64,000 nucleotides of DNA, from the NCBI GenBank assembly GCA_965237485.1, contig CBDEFQ010000009.1, forward strand, positions 89,778 through 153,777. Direction: 5' to 3'. The notes under the pieces are model-generated. The model was not told where the DNA came from and made no database searches. It saw only the letters and a program-made list of their open reading frames with translations. Origin of the DNA: Candidatus Poriferihabitaceae bacterium (GTDB lineage: Bacteria > Pseudomonadota > Gammaproteobacteria > Arenicellales > Poriferihabitantaceae). A program made the position numbers and the translations under genes. How positions within the stretch are numbered: position 1 is the stretch's first letter; every line of letters begins with the position of its first letter. Of the stretch, positions 28,213-38,380 are shown piece after piece.

Positions 28213-28986
28213 GTGATGTTGCAACAAATTAGTCAGTTTCTACAATTAAGCTCAGTCGAGTTATTGGCAATGTGGCTTGTAGTGCTTTTCGCGGCAATTA
28301 TTCGCGGCTACGCGGGTTTCGGGTTCTCCGCAATCGTGGTGGCCTCGTTATCCCTTGTTTCCCCAACTCGCGAAATCGTTCCGCTGGTAGTGTTGCTAGA
28401 AATAGTCGCCAGTGTGCAAATGTTTCCAAAAGTTTGGCAGCAGATTAATTGGCGCTTGGTATGGTGGCTGCTGATTTGTGGCTTGGTGTTTATCCCGTTA
28501 GGCCAGGTGGTTCTAAAATCAGTGCCAATTGAGCCCATGCGCATTGTATGTGCGACGGCTTTATTGCTCGCAGTTGGATTGATTTCTAAAGGTTATCAGT
28601 TTCCTATTAGTAATTCGCCAAAGGGATGGGCTTTGGTGGGTGCGATAGCCGGTACTATGAATGGTTTGCTAGCGATGGGAGGCATGTGGGTCATGATCTT
28701 GCTTTTAGGTACGCCCATACAAATTCAGATGCTTAGGGCTTCTTTGGTGGCCTATTTTTTCTTGGTTGATTTTTATACCGGCGCAATTGGCATAATGAAT
28801 GACTTGCTCACTGCGCCCATAATTTGGCGTTCGGTATCGTCGTTGCCATTTTTGTTTCTCGGCGTATTCTTAGGCACAAAGCAATTTGAAGGCGCAAATG
28901 AAACCACCTTTCGTAAAGTAGTTCTGGCAGTGCTGGCTGGTTTAGCCATGTTATTGGTGTTAAAGGCACTATGGGCCGCTATTTGA
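28213..28986 (+). CDS. TSUP (TauE/SafE) family anion-exporter-like membrane protein
   Basis: 257 aa, about 8 hydrophobic segments, GYAGFGFSAIVV and GGMWVMILLL motifs. The IS4 end lies 63 nt upstream of the start. Confidence 0.65.
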   Translation: MMLQQISQFLQLSSVELLAMWLVVLFAAIIRGYAGFGFSAIVVASLSLVSPTREIVPLVVLLEIVASVQMFPKVWQQINWRLVWWLLICGLVFIPLGQVVLKSVPIEPMRIVCATALLLAVGLISKGYQFPISNSPKGWALVGAIAGTMNGLLAMGGMWVMILLLGTPIQIQMLRASLVAYFFLVDFYTGAIGIMNDLLTAPIIWRSVSSLPFLFLGVFLGTKQFEGANETTFRKVVLAVLAGLAMLLVLKALWAAI

Positions 28987-29118
28987 GGGCACACCACAGA
29001 TGCCTTGCAATTATTATCCCTCCTAACAATTTACTTACGGTGACGACATAAGCCGCACCTTCACTCGGCCGTCGCGAACGGATGTGAAGCGATTACCTAA
29101 ATGCATTATGGGTAAGTA

Positions 29119-32100
29119 TTAGAATTCATCATATGACCACTCTCGCCATGATTTCAGAGCCGGGAAATACAAACCTAGTTTAATCGGCATATCAGGCTCA
29201 AGCCCACGAACCAGGGTGCCGTAATCGTTTAATTGTTCGCTGTAACGCTTTTGCTGTTCATCTAAAAATGGCTCTACGTTGGAGCCTTTGTGCGGGCTGG
29301 TTTTAAAATCAACCACCCATCGCGTTCCCGCGCTATCAATAAAGCACCGGTCGATAATGTGATGCTGAACTTGCCCACGGATTACACCGCTCAAAGCCCA
29401 TTCAATCTCTATCGATTGGTGAGAGGGTTTGAATATCCAATGCGCTTTTTCATCTTGCTGAGTGTTTTCTAGATATTGCATAACCAAATCGGTCGCATCG
29501 ATATTATCTTCGTTCACCAAACCCAATTGGGTGAGTTGTCGCTCTACGTAAGGCTTTAAACTGGGCAAATCCCAATCAGCCAAGTTTTCCCAGCCACGAA
29601 TTTGCATCACCTTGTGTACAACAATACCGACCATCCGCGCCTGGTCTTGCGCCCATTCGTATTCTAGTGGCGTCGAAGCGTTCGACTGATGTGGCTTAAC
29701 CCTTAGTGGTTCAGGTAAGTTTAGCGGAGGAAGATTAAGCTTTAGACGCCTAATAAAGTTTTGTGGTCGTGCGTCCTTTTTTGCATCGATAGATGCGATT
29801 TGAATCATGCTGTCCCGAAAATCTTTACCGAGCTGACCCCACAGTAAGTGCATAAGGCTGCTAGATTCAGGGTTGGCGTTCTCTTTCTTTAAATGCCCAT
29901 ACAGGTGCAGCGCTGATTTAGCGCGGGTAACACCAACATAAAGTAATCTACCAGCTTCCAGTTGTTCGCGTTGTTTGTCGCGGTGCGTTATCCAATCCGT
30001 GTGCTTTGTTTCTTCTTTGCTAGGGTAATTGGCTGGCGCAATTAGCGCAGGTTTTGAGTGTGAGCTGGCATCCCATTTTAATAACTTAGCGGTTTGATCA
30101 TTAGTTTTTTGCTTGCCGCATAAGCCCACTAAAAACACCGTGTCAAATTCAAGCCCTTTGGCTTTGTGCAGCGTGAGTAATTTAATATGCGCGCTAGGTG
30201 ACGAAACACGTGTTTGGTTAACCGATTTGTCCAAACTTTTGGCGGTAATACTTTGGTTTTGTTTGTCTAGCTCTCGAAGCAAATTAAAGTAAGCATCACA
30301 ATAAGCTAGCTCGTGTTCTAAAGCGCAGGCCGGGCCGCTTAGTGCCAGCCAGGCGTTGCGCACTCGGTTGGTTAAGTCGCCGTGGTAATGGTCGATGCGT
30401 GGCTTAACAATACCTTCAAGGTGCTGATATCGAGCCGCCCCGTCCGGGCTTAATTCTGCTAACACTTCATCGTTACCCCACAATGAAATTTTGTTGCGGT
30501 TATTGGCTCTTAAAATAGTGATATCACTTAAGGTTAGACCGCACCAAGGTGCGCGTAAAATACTCAGCCAAGCAACGATATCTAAAGGGTGTAGAAATAA
30601 GCGAGTGATGGCCATTAAGTCTTGAATACAAGATTGATCGCCCAACATTTCGACCTCGATGGATTCAAATTCAATACCAGATTGCCTCAAAGCGCTAGCT
30701 ACGCCTTTAAGGTGGTTGCGAGTTCGCGCAAGTACTGCGATTTCATGGTCTTGAGACACTTGCTTTGCCAGTTCTTGAACTTGTTGTGCGACGACTTTTC
30801 CTTCATCGGCAGCATGGCCAGAAACCACCAATTGGCAATGGGCAATGCCAATGCTCTCTTGATTAAAAGCCAAAGAAGAGCTGAATTTAACCGCACCTAA
30901 TTCAGGTTGGTCTTCTTTGCTTAGCACGTCCGGCAATATTTGATTTACCCATTGCACCAAGGGCGCGGTTGAGCGAAAGTTGGTGTTTAACCTTAAGTCT
31001 TTAGGGCGAATATCATTAATGCCGTGATCGCGTACATCTAAAAACACCCGTACATCGGCGTCACGGAAACGATAGATAGACTGCATTGGGTCGCCCACTA
31101 AAAATAGGCTGCGACCGTCATTCGGCTGCCAGCCAGTAGTTAAGCGTTCTAATAGTCTAAGTTGGTGGGGCGAGGTATCTTGAAACTCATCCATTAAAAT
31201 ATGGTTGAGCTTGGCATCCAGCATTAAGGCTAGATCGGAGGGTTGCTGTAAGTTACCCAATGCATCGATGGCTTGGGTGGTAATTTGCGGGTGGTCTGCT
31301 ACGCCGCGCTCACTCATCAATAGATATAGCTCCGAGGCTAAACTAGGTAGCACAGAAGTTACCGCGTTTAAGAGGGCAGTTTGGACATCGTCAAAATGCG
31401 GACTGGGTAGTTGATTAACCCGCACTATTGCATCGATAACCTCTTGGTTATCAGCAAGGCTTTCAATTATTTTAACAAGTTGTTTCTTCTCTTTATCTTT
31501 TGAAGCTGGGCCTAAGCCCATCCTCGCGTTAATACCGTTTGCTTTGCGAAGAGATTGGCCCGTTATTAGTAAGGCGTGAATGGTTTGCCACTGATCCAAG
31601 TTATTATGATCGTCAGAACCGTGGCCATTCGAATGCGCTCGCATTGCAATTCCAAAAGCCGTGCCCTGATGTTGGCCTTCAATATGTGCTGCACAGTAGT
31701 CCGCAATTTGTAAAAGTTCATTAATGGTAGCTTCGCTAAACAGGCTATGAATTACGCTTAATTCCTTTTCCACTAACTGTTGCCAAGCTAGCGAAATTTC
31801 GGCCTGCAATACGTTTGCGTCCCCTCTTCCTAAAATCAAAGGTAACCATCGGTCTCGGGTGTAAAGCATGTTTGCCAAACGTATTTGCAGGGTGGCCAGG
31901 TTGCCTTCTAGCTTAATCAGCAAGGTGGCTATTGCTGTGCCACTTGCATTGGATTTGTTTTCGAGCTTGGTAATGCAATTGAGCGCAGCTTGCTGGTATA
32001 ACAACTCTGGGTTTTTCTCGATTTGGGGCATAGCACCAAAGCGTGCTGACCAGGGCATTCTTCTCACCAAATCTGCACAGAGCGAGTCGATTGTCATAAT

Positions 32101-32466
32101 GCGCAATCGCCCCGCGTTCTCGATCAGATTCCAATTGTGTTTTTTGTCCTGCTCGACGGCTGCTAAGGCAAGGACGTGCAAATCTTGCTCATGTTCGTCA
32201 AATGCTTCGCCGTTCACTGCTTTTGCCAAGCTAATTATTACGCGCTCTCGCATTTCTTGCGTGGCTTTGCGGGTAAAAGTAATTGCCAGTATTTCTTCAG
32301 GCTTCTGAACGCCGGCTAGCAACGTAAGCAAGCGGCGCACTAACAACCCAGTCTTGCCAGAGCCTGCTGGCGCTTGAACGATAAAAGAAACGTTCGGGTC
32401 GAGTGCTAGGTGTCGCTGCGCTTGATCGCTGGGTTTATTTATCATCGCTTTCAATACTGTCAGCAC
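29119..32466 (-). CDS. addA: Double-strand-break repair helicase/nuclease AddA (UvrD-like helicase plus PD-(D/E)XK nuclease); the start may be the ATG at 32445
   Basis: QAPAGSGKTGLLVRRLL Walker A, MDEFQDTSP, GDPMQSIYRFR, YVGVTRAK, C-terminal RWVVDFKTS nuclease motif. Confidence 0.8.
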   Translation of the reverse strand: MLTVLKAMINKPSDQAQRHLALDPNVSFIVQAPAGSGKTGLLVRRLLTLLAGVQKPEEILAITFTRKATQEMRERVIISLAKAVNGEAFDEHEQDLHVLALAAVEQDKKHNWNLIENAGRLRIMTIDSLCADLVRRMPWSARFGAMPQIEKNPELLYQQAALNCITKLENKSNASGTAIATLLIKLEGNLATLQIRLANMLYTRDRWLPLILGRGDANVLQAEISLAWQQLVEKELSVIHSLFSEATINELLQIADYCAAHIEGQHQGTAFGIAMRAHSNGHGSDDHNNLDQWQTIHALLITGQSLRKANGINARMGLGPASKDKEKKQLVKIIESLADNQEVIDAIVRVNQLPSPHFDDVQTALLNAVTSVLPSLASELYLLMSERGVADHPQITTQAIDALGNLQQPSDLALMLDAKLNHILMDEFQDTSPHQLRLLERLTTGWQPNDGRSLFLVGDPMQSIYRFRDADVRVFLDVRDHGINDIRPKDLRLNTNFRSTAPLVQWVNQILPDVLSKEDQPELGAVKFSSSLAFNQESIGIAHCQLVVSGHAADEGKVVAQQVQELAKQVSQDHEIAVLARTRNHLKGVASALRQSGIEFESIEVEMLGDQSCIQDLMAITRLFLHPLDIVAWLSILRAPWCGLTLSDITILRANNRNKISLWGNDEVLAELSPDGAARYQHLEGIVKPRIDHYHGDLTNRVRNAWLALSGPACALEHELAYCDAYFNLLRELDKQNQSITAKSLDKSVNQTRVSSPSAHIKLLTLHKAKGLEFDTVFLVGLCGKQKTNDQTAKLLKWDASSHSKPALIAPANYPSKEETKHTDWITHRDKQREQLEAGRLLYVGVTRAKSALHLYGHLKKENANPESSSLMHLLWGQLGKDFRDSMIQIASIDAKKDARPQNFIRRLKLNLPPLNLPEPLRVKPHQSNASTPLEYEWAQDQARMVGIVVHKVMQIRGWENLADWDLPSLKPYVERQLTQLGLVNEDNIDATDLVMQYLENTQQDEKAHWIFKPSHQSIEIEWALSGVIRGQVQHHIIDRCFIDSAGTRWVVDFKTSPHKGSNVEPFLDEQQKRYSEQLNDYGTLVRGLEPDMPIKLGLYFPALKSWREWSYDEF

Positions 32467-35137
32467 TCAGTTCCTTAATGCGGCAAAATGAAGTGAACTC
32501 GCAATGCACACAGGTCTTGTTCTTGTCTTTGGGGTCAACAATCGCATCACCATTACGAAATGCTAACGCTAGCTTTTCAAGCCGATCTTTCCATAAAGGA
32601 AATAAGTTGTCCCACTCTTCAAGGTCTTTATAGATGTTGCTGGCCTTGCTGTGCCGATCCGGCGGCTTAAGACCTGGCAGTAAGTCGGTTTCGGCGGTTA
32701 AGCCAATTAAGCCAGTATTTTTAGCGTTAATCTGTCCGTACGCAATAGCTTCCACTTCGCCCATTTGTTCTGCGACAGCAAGAGCATATAGCGGTAGTTG
32801 AGGGCTGTTCGGTCGATCACTACACCAATCCTTTTCTGTATTATTGCCGCCGGTTTTATAGTCAATGACTGCATTGCCAATGCGGCCCTCGAGTTCGTCA
32901 ACTCTATCGATAATAAAACGTAAGCCCAAACCAGCAAGCGAATATTCGATTAGTTGCTCGTGATGGCTAACGCCGAACGGAGCGCGAGTGGCCTCCAAAT
33001 CTAGCCAATTAAGCAATAAGGTTTTTATGCGGCTAGCCTGCGCACTATCAAATTGCTGCTTTAAACCACTGGTTCTATTTCGTTTAGAAATAGCAGGAGA
33101 TATTAAAGAATCCAGCTTTTGTTCAAGTTGGTGGGAGTCAGTTAAGGCAAGCAAATTATGTTGGGTATTAACCTGAGCCCAAAACTTGTGTAATATTTCA
33201 TGTACTAGAGTGCCGTGAGTTCGATGATCAGTTCCAGGCTCAGGATTTGGTTCTTGCTCGGCAAGTAAACGGTACTTGGCGTAAGCCTGAAACGGACACG
33301 ATGCCTGCGATGCAATTAAGCCAGCACCGCCCTGAGCTTTATCTGACTCAAATGGAACGCCCATATCATCTTGAATGGATTCTAGCTCTCCATGCGCATC
33401 ACGAATCGCGCTATAAATATCAAAAGGCTTAATAGTAGGCTCGCTCAATTCAATATGCGATATCAACGGACTAGGCCCAACTGAAATATCGTCAATATTA
33501 CTAGCATGGCTAACCGCCACTTCAGGTGCCATCGCTAACAACTGCTTTATCTTCTCTTTGGCATATTGCAAGAATATCTCAGGCACCGCATCAGGGATGC
33601 CTTTCTCCTTCTGAATACTTAACGGAATAAAGGGGTTAACCTGCGGTTTAGGCGGCCAAGCATTTTCATGAAAGCCGGCAAGCCAAACCGCATCAAAAGT
33701 AAGCTCAGCAGCTTCAAGCACCCCCATAATATGAATTTGTACATTGGGGTTGGCTTGGTCTTGATAAATGGTTTGGTCACAAAGCCGGCGGATGGATGAC
33801 AGCGCTTCAGAGAGATAAACAGGCTCACTTGCCACATCTAGTGAAGCAAATTGACCTAGGCATCCATTCCAGCTTTCAAAAACTTGGTGTTCGTGACTAT
33901 TTAACCCACTCTTGGGCCAAGCTAACAGCAGAAGAACTTCTCGGAAGAAAGTCGCCCATTTTCGATAAGTTCTCTGACCTGTAGTTTGTTTTTTAAGCGC
34001 CAATAACGCTTCGAAAACCGCTCTAATTTTAGCCTCATCTTCCTTCTCAGGGTTGAGTGCGTGAACTAAAGTAAAAAGATCCATTTCATACGGCACTCGC
34101 TTTCTAAGCTTAATCGCAATATTTGCACGGATTTCAACGCCAAGTTTAATATCCGATAGCGGAGATATTAGCCAATCACTCAAATCTTGGAATTGGAATT
34201 GCGCCAATAATCCCAAGTGCATCAACGCCGATTTGCCAAGCTCGGTTTCAGATAACGAGGTTCCAAGAGATAGATGATAAGGTTTCTCGTGGTCTAGTCC
34301 TAACTTAGGCGTAACAGTATTCAGAATTTGCAATTGGTCTTCCAGTGCTTGGATCGCGGTATCTTTAATAGATTGAGTGTCAGGGCATATCAAAGCTATG
34401 CGAATGTTTGAAGAGTGCTTAGTTTTCTCAAATGCCCATATAGCAATGCTGCTCCATTCTTCTTGTACGTTAGAGAAGCGATGCCTATATTTAGGTTCGT
34501 TTACATAAAGATAACTAGGTGGAACTATGTTGATTTCACTTCCGTTTGACTGCAGTTGCTCAATAAAGTGGTTTTGACTCGGAAGGAAGTAATCAAACCC
34601 GAGAAAGGAGATACTGGATCTAGACAACTCCTCAAATTTGCCACTGTTAGATAAATAAGGTAACTGTCCTACACTGATCCAGTTATTTTTTTTTAACGTC
34701 TCACCTAATCCGGAATACCAAGTTGTAAATAACGCATAGTCATTATCTACAAACTTTTGTAACGCAGATAACTTAATATTCCATTCGAGGCATAAATTCC
34801 AAGCTTCTAAAAGTAAACGAGTAGCAGATTTAGCATCCCAAAGTGAATTGTTTGTATTCTCTGGGTCAGGGAAACTACTTAGTCTGTCTAACACCCTTTC
34901 AGAGACTTTCAATAGTTGCGCATTATCAAGTATTGCATGCCCAAGTTTTTCGTCATTCCATAGCTTAGCCACCCAACCGAGAAACGGTAAAATAGCGTCG
35001 TTCTTCCACGCTTTTTCACCTCTTTCTAGGCGAGTCAGGTCTGTAAGTAATTGCTGTTCGTGCGCAAGTCTATTTGTTGAGGTGACTACAACAGATTTCG
35101 CGGGAAATATTAGTTGGGCGGTGCTATTCAAATCCAA
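32435..35137 (-). CDS. addB: Double-strand-break repair protein AddB (inactivated helicase fold plus PD-(D/E)XK nuclease with a Cys cluster)
   Basis: 900 aa directly upstream of and overlapping addA. C-terminal IDRVDEL..VIDYKTGG and CVHCEFTSFC. Confidence 0.75.
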   Translation of the reverse strand: MDLNSTAQLIFPAKSVVVTSTNRLAHEQQLLTDLTRLERGEKAWKNDAILPFLGWVAKLWNDEKLGHAILDNAQLLKVSERVLDRLSSFPDPENTNNSLWDAKSATRLLLEAWNLCLEWNIKLSALQKFVDNDYALFTTWYSGLGETLKKNNWISVGQLPYLSNSGKFEELSRSSISFLGFDYFLPSQNHFIEQLQSNGSEINIVPPSYLYVNEPKYRHRFSNVQEEWSSIAIWAFEKTKHSSNIRIALICPDTQSIKDTAIQALEDQLQILNTVTPKLGLDHEKPYHLSLGTSLSETELGKSALMHLGLLAQFQFQDLSDWLISPLSDIKLGVEIRANIAIKLRKRVPYEMDLFTLVHALNPEKEDEAKIRAVFEALLALKKQTTGQRTYRKWATFFREVLLLLAWPKSGLNSHEHQVFESWNGCLGQFASLDVASEPVYLSEALSSIRRLCDQTIYQDQANPNVQIHIMGVLEAAELTFDAVWLAGFHENAWPPKPQVNPFIPLSIQKEKGIPDAVPEIFLQYAKEKIKQLLAMAPEVAVSHASNIDDISVGPSPLISHIELSEPTIKPFDIYSAIRDAHGELESIQDDMGVPFESDKAQGGAGLIASQASCPFQAYAKYRLLAEQEPNPEPGTDHRTHGTLVHEILHKFWAQVNTQHNLLALTDSHQLEQKLDSLISPAISKRNRTSGLKQQFDSAQASRIKTLLLNWLDLEATRAPFGVSHHEQLIEYSLAGLGLRFIIDRVDELEGRIGNAVIDYKTGGNNTEKDWCSDRPNSPQLPLYALAVAEQMGEVEAIAYGQINAKNTGLIGLTAETDLLPGLKPPDRHSKASNIYKDLEEWDNLFPLWKDRLEKLALAFRNGDAIVDPKDKNKTCVHCEFTSFCRIKELSADSIESDDK

Positions 35138-35194
35138 GTTTTGTTAAGAACATAAATTTTAGAGAATACCTTAAATCGCAGGATTACGCCAGGG

Positions 35195-35710
35195 CAAGTC
35201 TTGTCCAACATGAAATGATACTGAGCTAAGGGACTGATTCTAATCGGAAATGATACCGAACTAATCTAATTTCTGTTCATGATGGTGAATGAATACCATT
35301 ATGAATGACCACCATATAGATACCCTTGATAAGGCACGCTTGTTGCTACAAGGCACTGATGAAATCGATCTGGCAATCGACGGTAAACGCAATCGCTATG
35401 ATTTCATCAAACGCACCTTAATGCGTTTCAAATACAGCAAACTGGGTCGAGCCGATAAGGGTCTTGTGCTGCGTTATATCACACGCATCAGCGGTTACTC
35501 TTATGTGCAAGTGAAACGCCTGGCTGCCAGCTATCTCAAGCACGGTAGAATCCAGTGGCGACATCGTGCCACAAGGGGCTTTGCTAGACGCTATAGCAAT
35601 CAAGACATTAAGCTTCTAGCAGATATGGATGAACTCCACGGTACGTTATCAGGCCATGCCACTAAGAAACTCTGTGAGCGCGCCTTAGTTGTCTATGAGC
35701 AAACTGAGTA
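35195..35710 (+). pseudogene. Second fragment of the rve-type IS (left end plus first 141 codons), cut by an IS3 insertion
   Basis: 35195-35710 is the inverted counterpart of 8094-7580. ORF 35289..35714 ends in the TGA that begins the IS3 terminal repeat. Confidence 0.75.
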
Positions 35711-35799
35711 TTGAAGTGGACCCCATGATTAGGACAGGTTGAAGGCCAAAATAAGGAGTTATTTTCTGTTTTATAATTGTTCAAAACGAGGAACAGAAA

Positions 35800-36081
35800 A
35801 TGAGTAAAAAGCGTAGAAACCATGCCCCACCATTCAAAGCCAAAGTTGCTCTTGCAGCAATCAAAGGTGATGAAACATTAAGCAATCTTGCTAGTCGTTA
35901 TGACATCAATGCAAATCTTATCGTCAAGTGGAAGAAACAATTGCTCGATAGCTCAGCTGAAGTCTTTGCATCAGGCACAGGCTTATCTCCAAACCGAGAA
36001 TCAGAGATTAAATCATTACAGGCAAAGATCGGTGAAATCACCATGGAAAACGATTTTTTATCAAAAGCGCTCGGTCGTTAA
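35800..36081 (+). CDS. IS3-family transposase OrfA (HTH / leucine zipper)
   Basis: MSKKRRNHAPPFKAKVALAAIKGDETLSNLASRYDINANLIVKWKKQLL.. is a typical IS3 OrfA. Confidence 0.8.
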   Translation: MSKKRRNHAPPFKAKVALAAIKGDETLSNLASRYDINANLIVKWKKQLLDSSAEVFASGTGLSPNRESEIKSLQAKIGEITMENDFLSKALGR

Positions 36082-36101
36082 ACAGACCTGAGCGCAAAAC
36101 T

Positions 36102-36619
36102 ATGATTAATAAAAGCAATAAACTATCGTTAGTTCGTCAGTGTAAATTGTTGAAGATTCATCGTTCCCATGTTTATTACAAAACCTCACCTGCTAATGAG
36201 GATGACTTGGAACTGATGCATCTGATTGATCGCATTCACCTCAATCGGCCCTTTCTTGGCAGTAGACGCATTCGTGATGTGTTGCAAGATGTAGGCCATC
36301 GAGTTGACCGTAAACATGTGCGACGCTTAATGCGTAAGATGGGCATTAAAGCCATCTATCCTAGGCCTAACACCAGCAAGAAGAAGGCGGGGCACAAGAT
36401 TTATCCTTATCTGCTAGGTGGGTTGGCCATCAATCAACCCAATCAAGCTTGGTGTACCGATATAACTTATATCCCGATGCCTAAGGGCTTTGCTTATCTT
36501 ACCGTTGTGATGGATTGGTATTCTCGTAAAGTGCTGTCATGGCGGCTTAGCAACAGCATGGATAGCGCATTCTGCGTAGATGCTTTGGAAGAGGCACTGC
36601 ATTACTACGGCAAGCCTGA
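36102..36619 (+). pseudogene. IS3-family transposase OrfB, truncated after about 172 codons
   Basis: ..NQAWCTDITYIPMPKGFAYLTVVMDWYSRKVLSWRLS.. (first catalytic D region), then the frame runs into the IS256 end, giving the chimeric tail SYARIWCMRHFLQAASV. Confidence 0.8.
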
Positions 36620-38013
36620 GAGTTATGCCCGAATCTGGTGTATGAGGCATTTTCTTCAAGCGGCCTCGGTTTGATCTGAGTAGTCATTAGTTTGCTCTAT
36701 TCCATCTTTAAATGGAACCCCTTGAATCACTTTTGCTAGATAGGCGAACCCGCGTATTCGGTTCCACTTTTTCTCTGCGCACTGACCCAGCTTGAACATC
36801 ATACTTAACATGCCATCACGGCTAAGACATCCCTTGCATCGTTTGGTACGGTGTCGGATAGTCGCGAATGTTGGTTTAATTGGATTCGTAGTACGTATGC
36901 TCATCCAGTGCTTGGCAGGGAACGAGTAGAACGTCATTAACTCTTCGCGATCTTTTTCCAAGCACTGCGTGGCTTTTGGATACTTGTCTTGACAGGTTTT
37001 AATGAATAATTGATAGGCACTTTGCGCCGCTTCTTTGGTTTCTTCCTGCCAAATGTTATGCAGAGCTGCTTTTGCTTTGGGCTGCACCGATTTAGGCAGC
37101 TTGTTCAGCACGTTGGCCGTTTTATGCACCCAGCACCGTTGATGTTTAGTGCCAGGATAGACTTCTTCCAGGGCATTCCAAAAGCCTAAAGCACCATCAC
37201 CGATGCCCCGCTCTGGTTGATTCAGGCCTCGCTCCTTGAGTGCCAACAACACCTCTCGCCAACTCTGCGTAGACTCTCGCTCACCGTCTTCAATCGCCAG
37301 TAATTTCTTGTGACCGCGCTCATTCACTCCGATGACAACTAAGGCACAGAGCCGGCCCTCATCGCCGCGCAGGCCGCTGTGTATCCCGTCCGCCCATAGA
37401 TAAACCCATCGATCTCGATCTAAACCTTCTCTATTCCAATCCTTGTACTCCTGAGACCACGTTGCTTTGAGCTTACTCACTGTGCTTGATGATAACCCAG
37501 TCGCTGATTGACCCACTAGCACGCTCAGTGCATCCCCCATTTCTCCAGTGCTGACACCCTTGAGATACAGCCAAGGCAAGGCCGCTTCCAGTGTTCTCGT
37601 TTTACGCACATACGGCGGCACTAAAGCAGACCGAAAGGTGATCGGTACTCCAGTGCGGGAGCGCACCTTGGGGATACGTACTTTGACTGGGCCGATCCCG
37701 GTTTGCAGTTCACGTTCTGGCAAATAGCCGTTACGAACGACACCAGCGTGTCCTGAATCTGAGACTTTGTCACAATTGCGATACAGCCGTTCAGATAACT
37801 CACTCTCGACCGCGGTTTGAATGAGTTGCCTAGCGCCATTGCGAATCAATTCTTGCAGCGGATCGATGCTTTGCTCTGGCTTTTCAAAGGAAATAATTTT
37901 ATTCTGTTTCATAGTGGCGTATGTCTGTGGAAGTTTAAGTTGTTGTAAACTCAATTCATCCCGATACGCCGCTTTTAGTCAACTACTCCATACACCACTT
38001 TCAGGCATAACTC
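36620..38013 (-). mobile_element. IS256-family insertion sequence, copy 2
   Basis: Same 1394-bp unit as 9103-10496. Flanks CAAGCCTGA / ATTTCTTGT, with no target duplication. Confidence 0.9.
36656..37954 (-). CDS. IS256-family transposase with substitutions in the conserved TTNPIES motif (probably inactive)
   Basis: Full-length ORF but reads TTNPIKPTF instead of TTNPIESTF (E to K, S to P), and LGIGDG becomes RGIGDG. Confidence 0.8.
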   Translation of the reverse strand: MSLQQLKLPQTYATMKQNKIISFEKPEQSIDPLQELIRNGARQLIQTAVESELSERLYRNCDKVSDSGHAGVVRNGYLPERELQTGIGPVKVRIPKVRSRTGVPITFRSALVPPYVRKTRTLEAALPWLYLKGVSTGEMGDALSVLVGQSATGLSSSTVSKLKATWSQEYKDWNREGLDRDRWVYLWADGIHSGLRGDEGRLCALVVIGVNERGHKKLLAIEDGERESTQSWREVLLALKERGLNQPERGIGDGALGFWNALEEVYPGTKHQRCWVHKTANVLNKLPKSVQPKAKAALHNIWQEETKEAAQSAYQLFIKTCQDKYPKATQCLEKDREELMTFYSFPAKHWMSIRTTNPIKPTFATIRHRTKRCKGCLSRDGMLSMMFKLGQCAEKKWNRIRGFAYLAKVIQGVPFKDGIEQTNDYSDQTEAA

Positions 38014-38131
38014 ATTTCTTGTCTAATGTGTCGGGTAACCAAACGCCCGCAAAGTTAGGCACTTCGCAATCTTCTTCTAATAAAACACCTGCCTTTTTAA
38101 TCTGCGTATTTATAGCGGGTATCAATATCAT
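38014..38131 (-). pseudogene. First ~39 codons of an unknown gene, cut off by IS256 copy 2
   Basis: Own reading: MILIPAINTQIKKAGVLLEEDCEVPNFAGVWLPDTLDKK, then the IS end. No family recognised. Confidence 0.25.
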
Positions 38132-38302
38132 TAACCCTAGATAAATCAGTTAAACGCGGAAAAGACATGTAAGCAATTGAAGTGCATAGTGAAATCAAAA
38201 AAGTCGCGGTCACCTTTATTGGTGATAAGGTTTTTTTGATTTTGCCAGGTGCATCAAGCGCTTGCATGGATTTTCGTGTTTTAACTGATTTATCTAGGTT
38301 AA
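38131..38302. repeat. Pair of 22/23-nt inverted repeats about 125 bp apart (MITE-like or operator-like)
   Basis: TTAACCCTAGATAAATCAGTTAA at 38131-38153 versus TTAACTGATTTATCTAGGTTAA at 38281-38302 (one extra C). Confidence 0.6.
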
Positions 38303-38380
38303 TGTTGCATTATGCATTACATGTAAGTATAATCAAAATGTTCTTTTCAAACCTGAGCTGAGCCATGGAGAAAGGAGAAA

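Larger units (their letters stand above)
35711..36619 (+). mobile_element. IS3-family element, right part removed by IS256 copy 2
   Basis: Starts with the IS3-type terminal repeat TGAAGTGGACCCC. OrfA and the beginning of orfB are present. Confidence 0.75.

Noticed and set aside
31868-32308. 146-aa plus-strand ORF and many other 60-100-aa ORFs inside addA, addB, leuA, spoT, gyrB, ahcY and the transposase genes
   Set aside because: All lie antisense or out of frame within long ORFs that have clear family signatures. They are treated as shadow ORFs.
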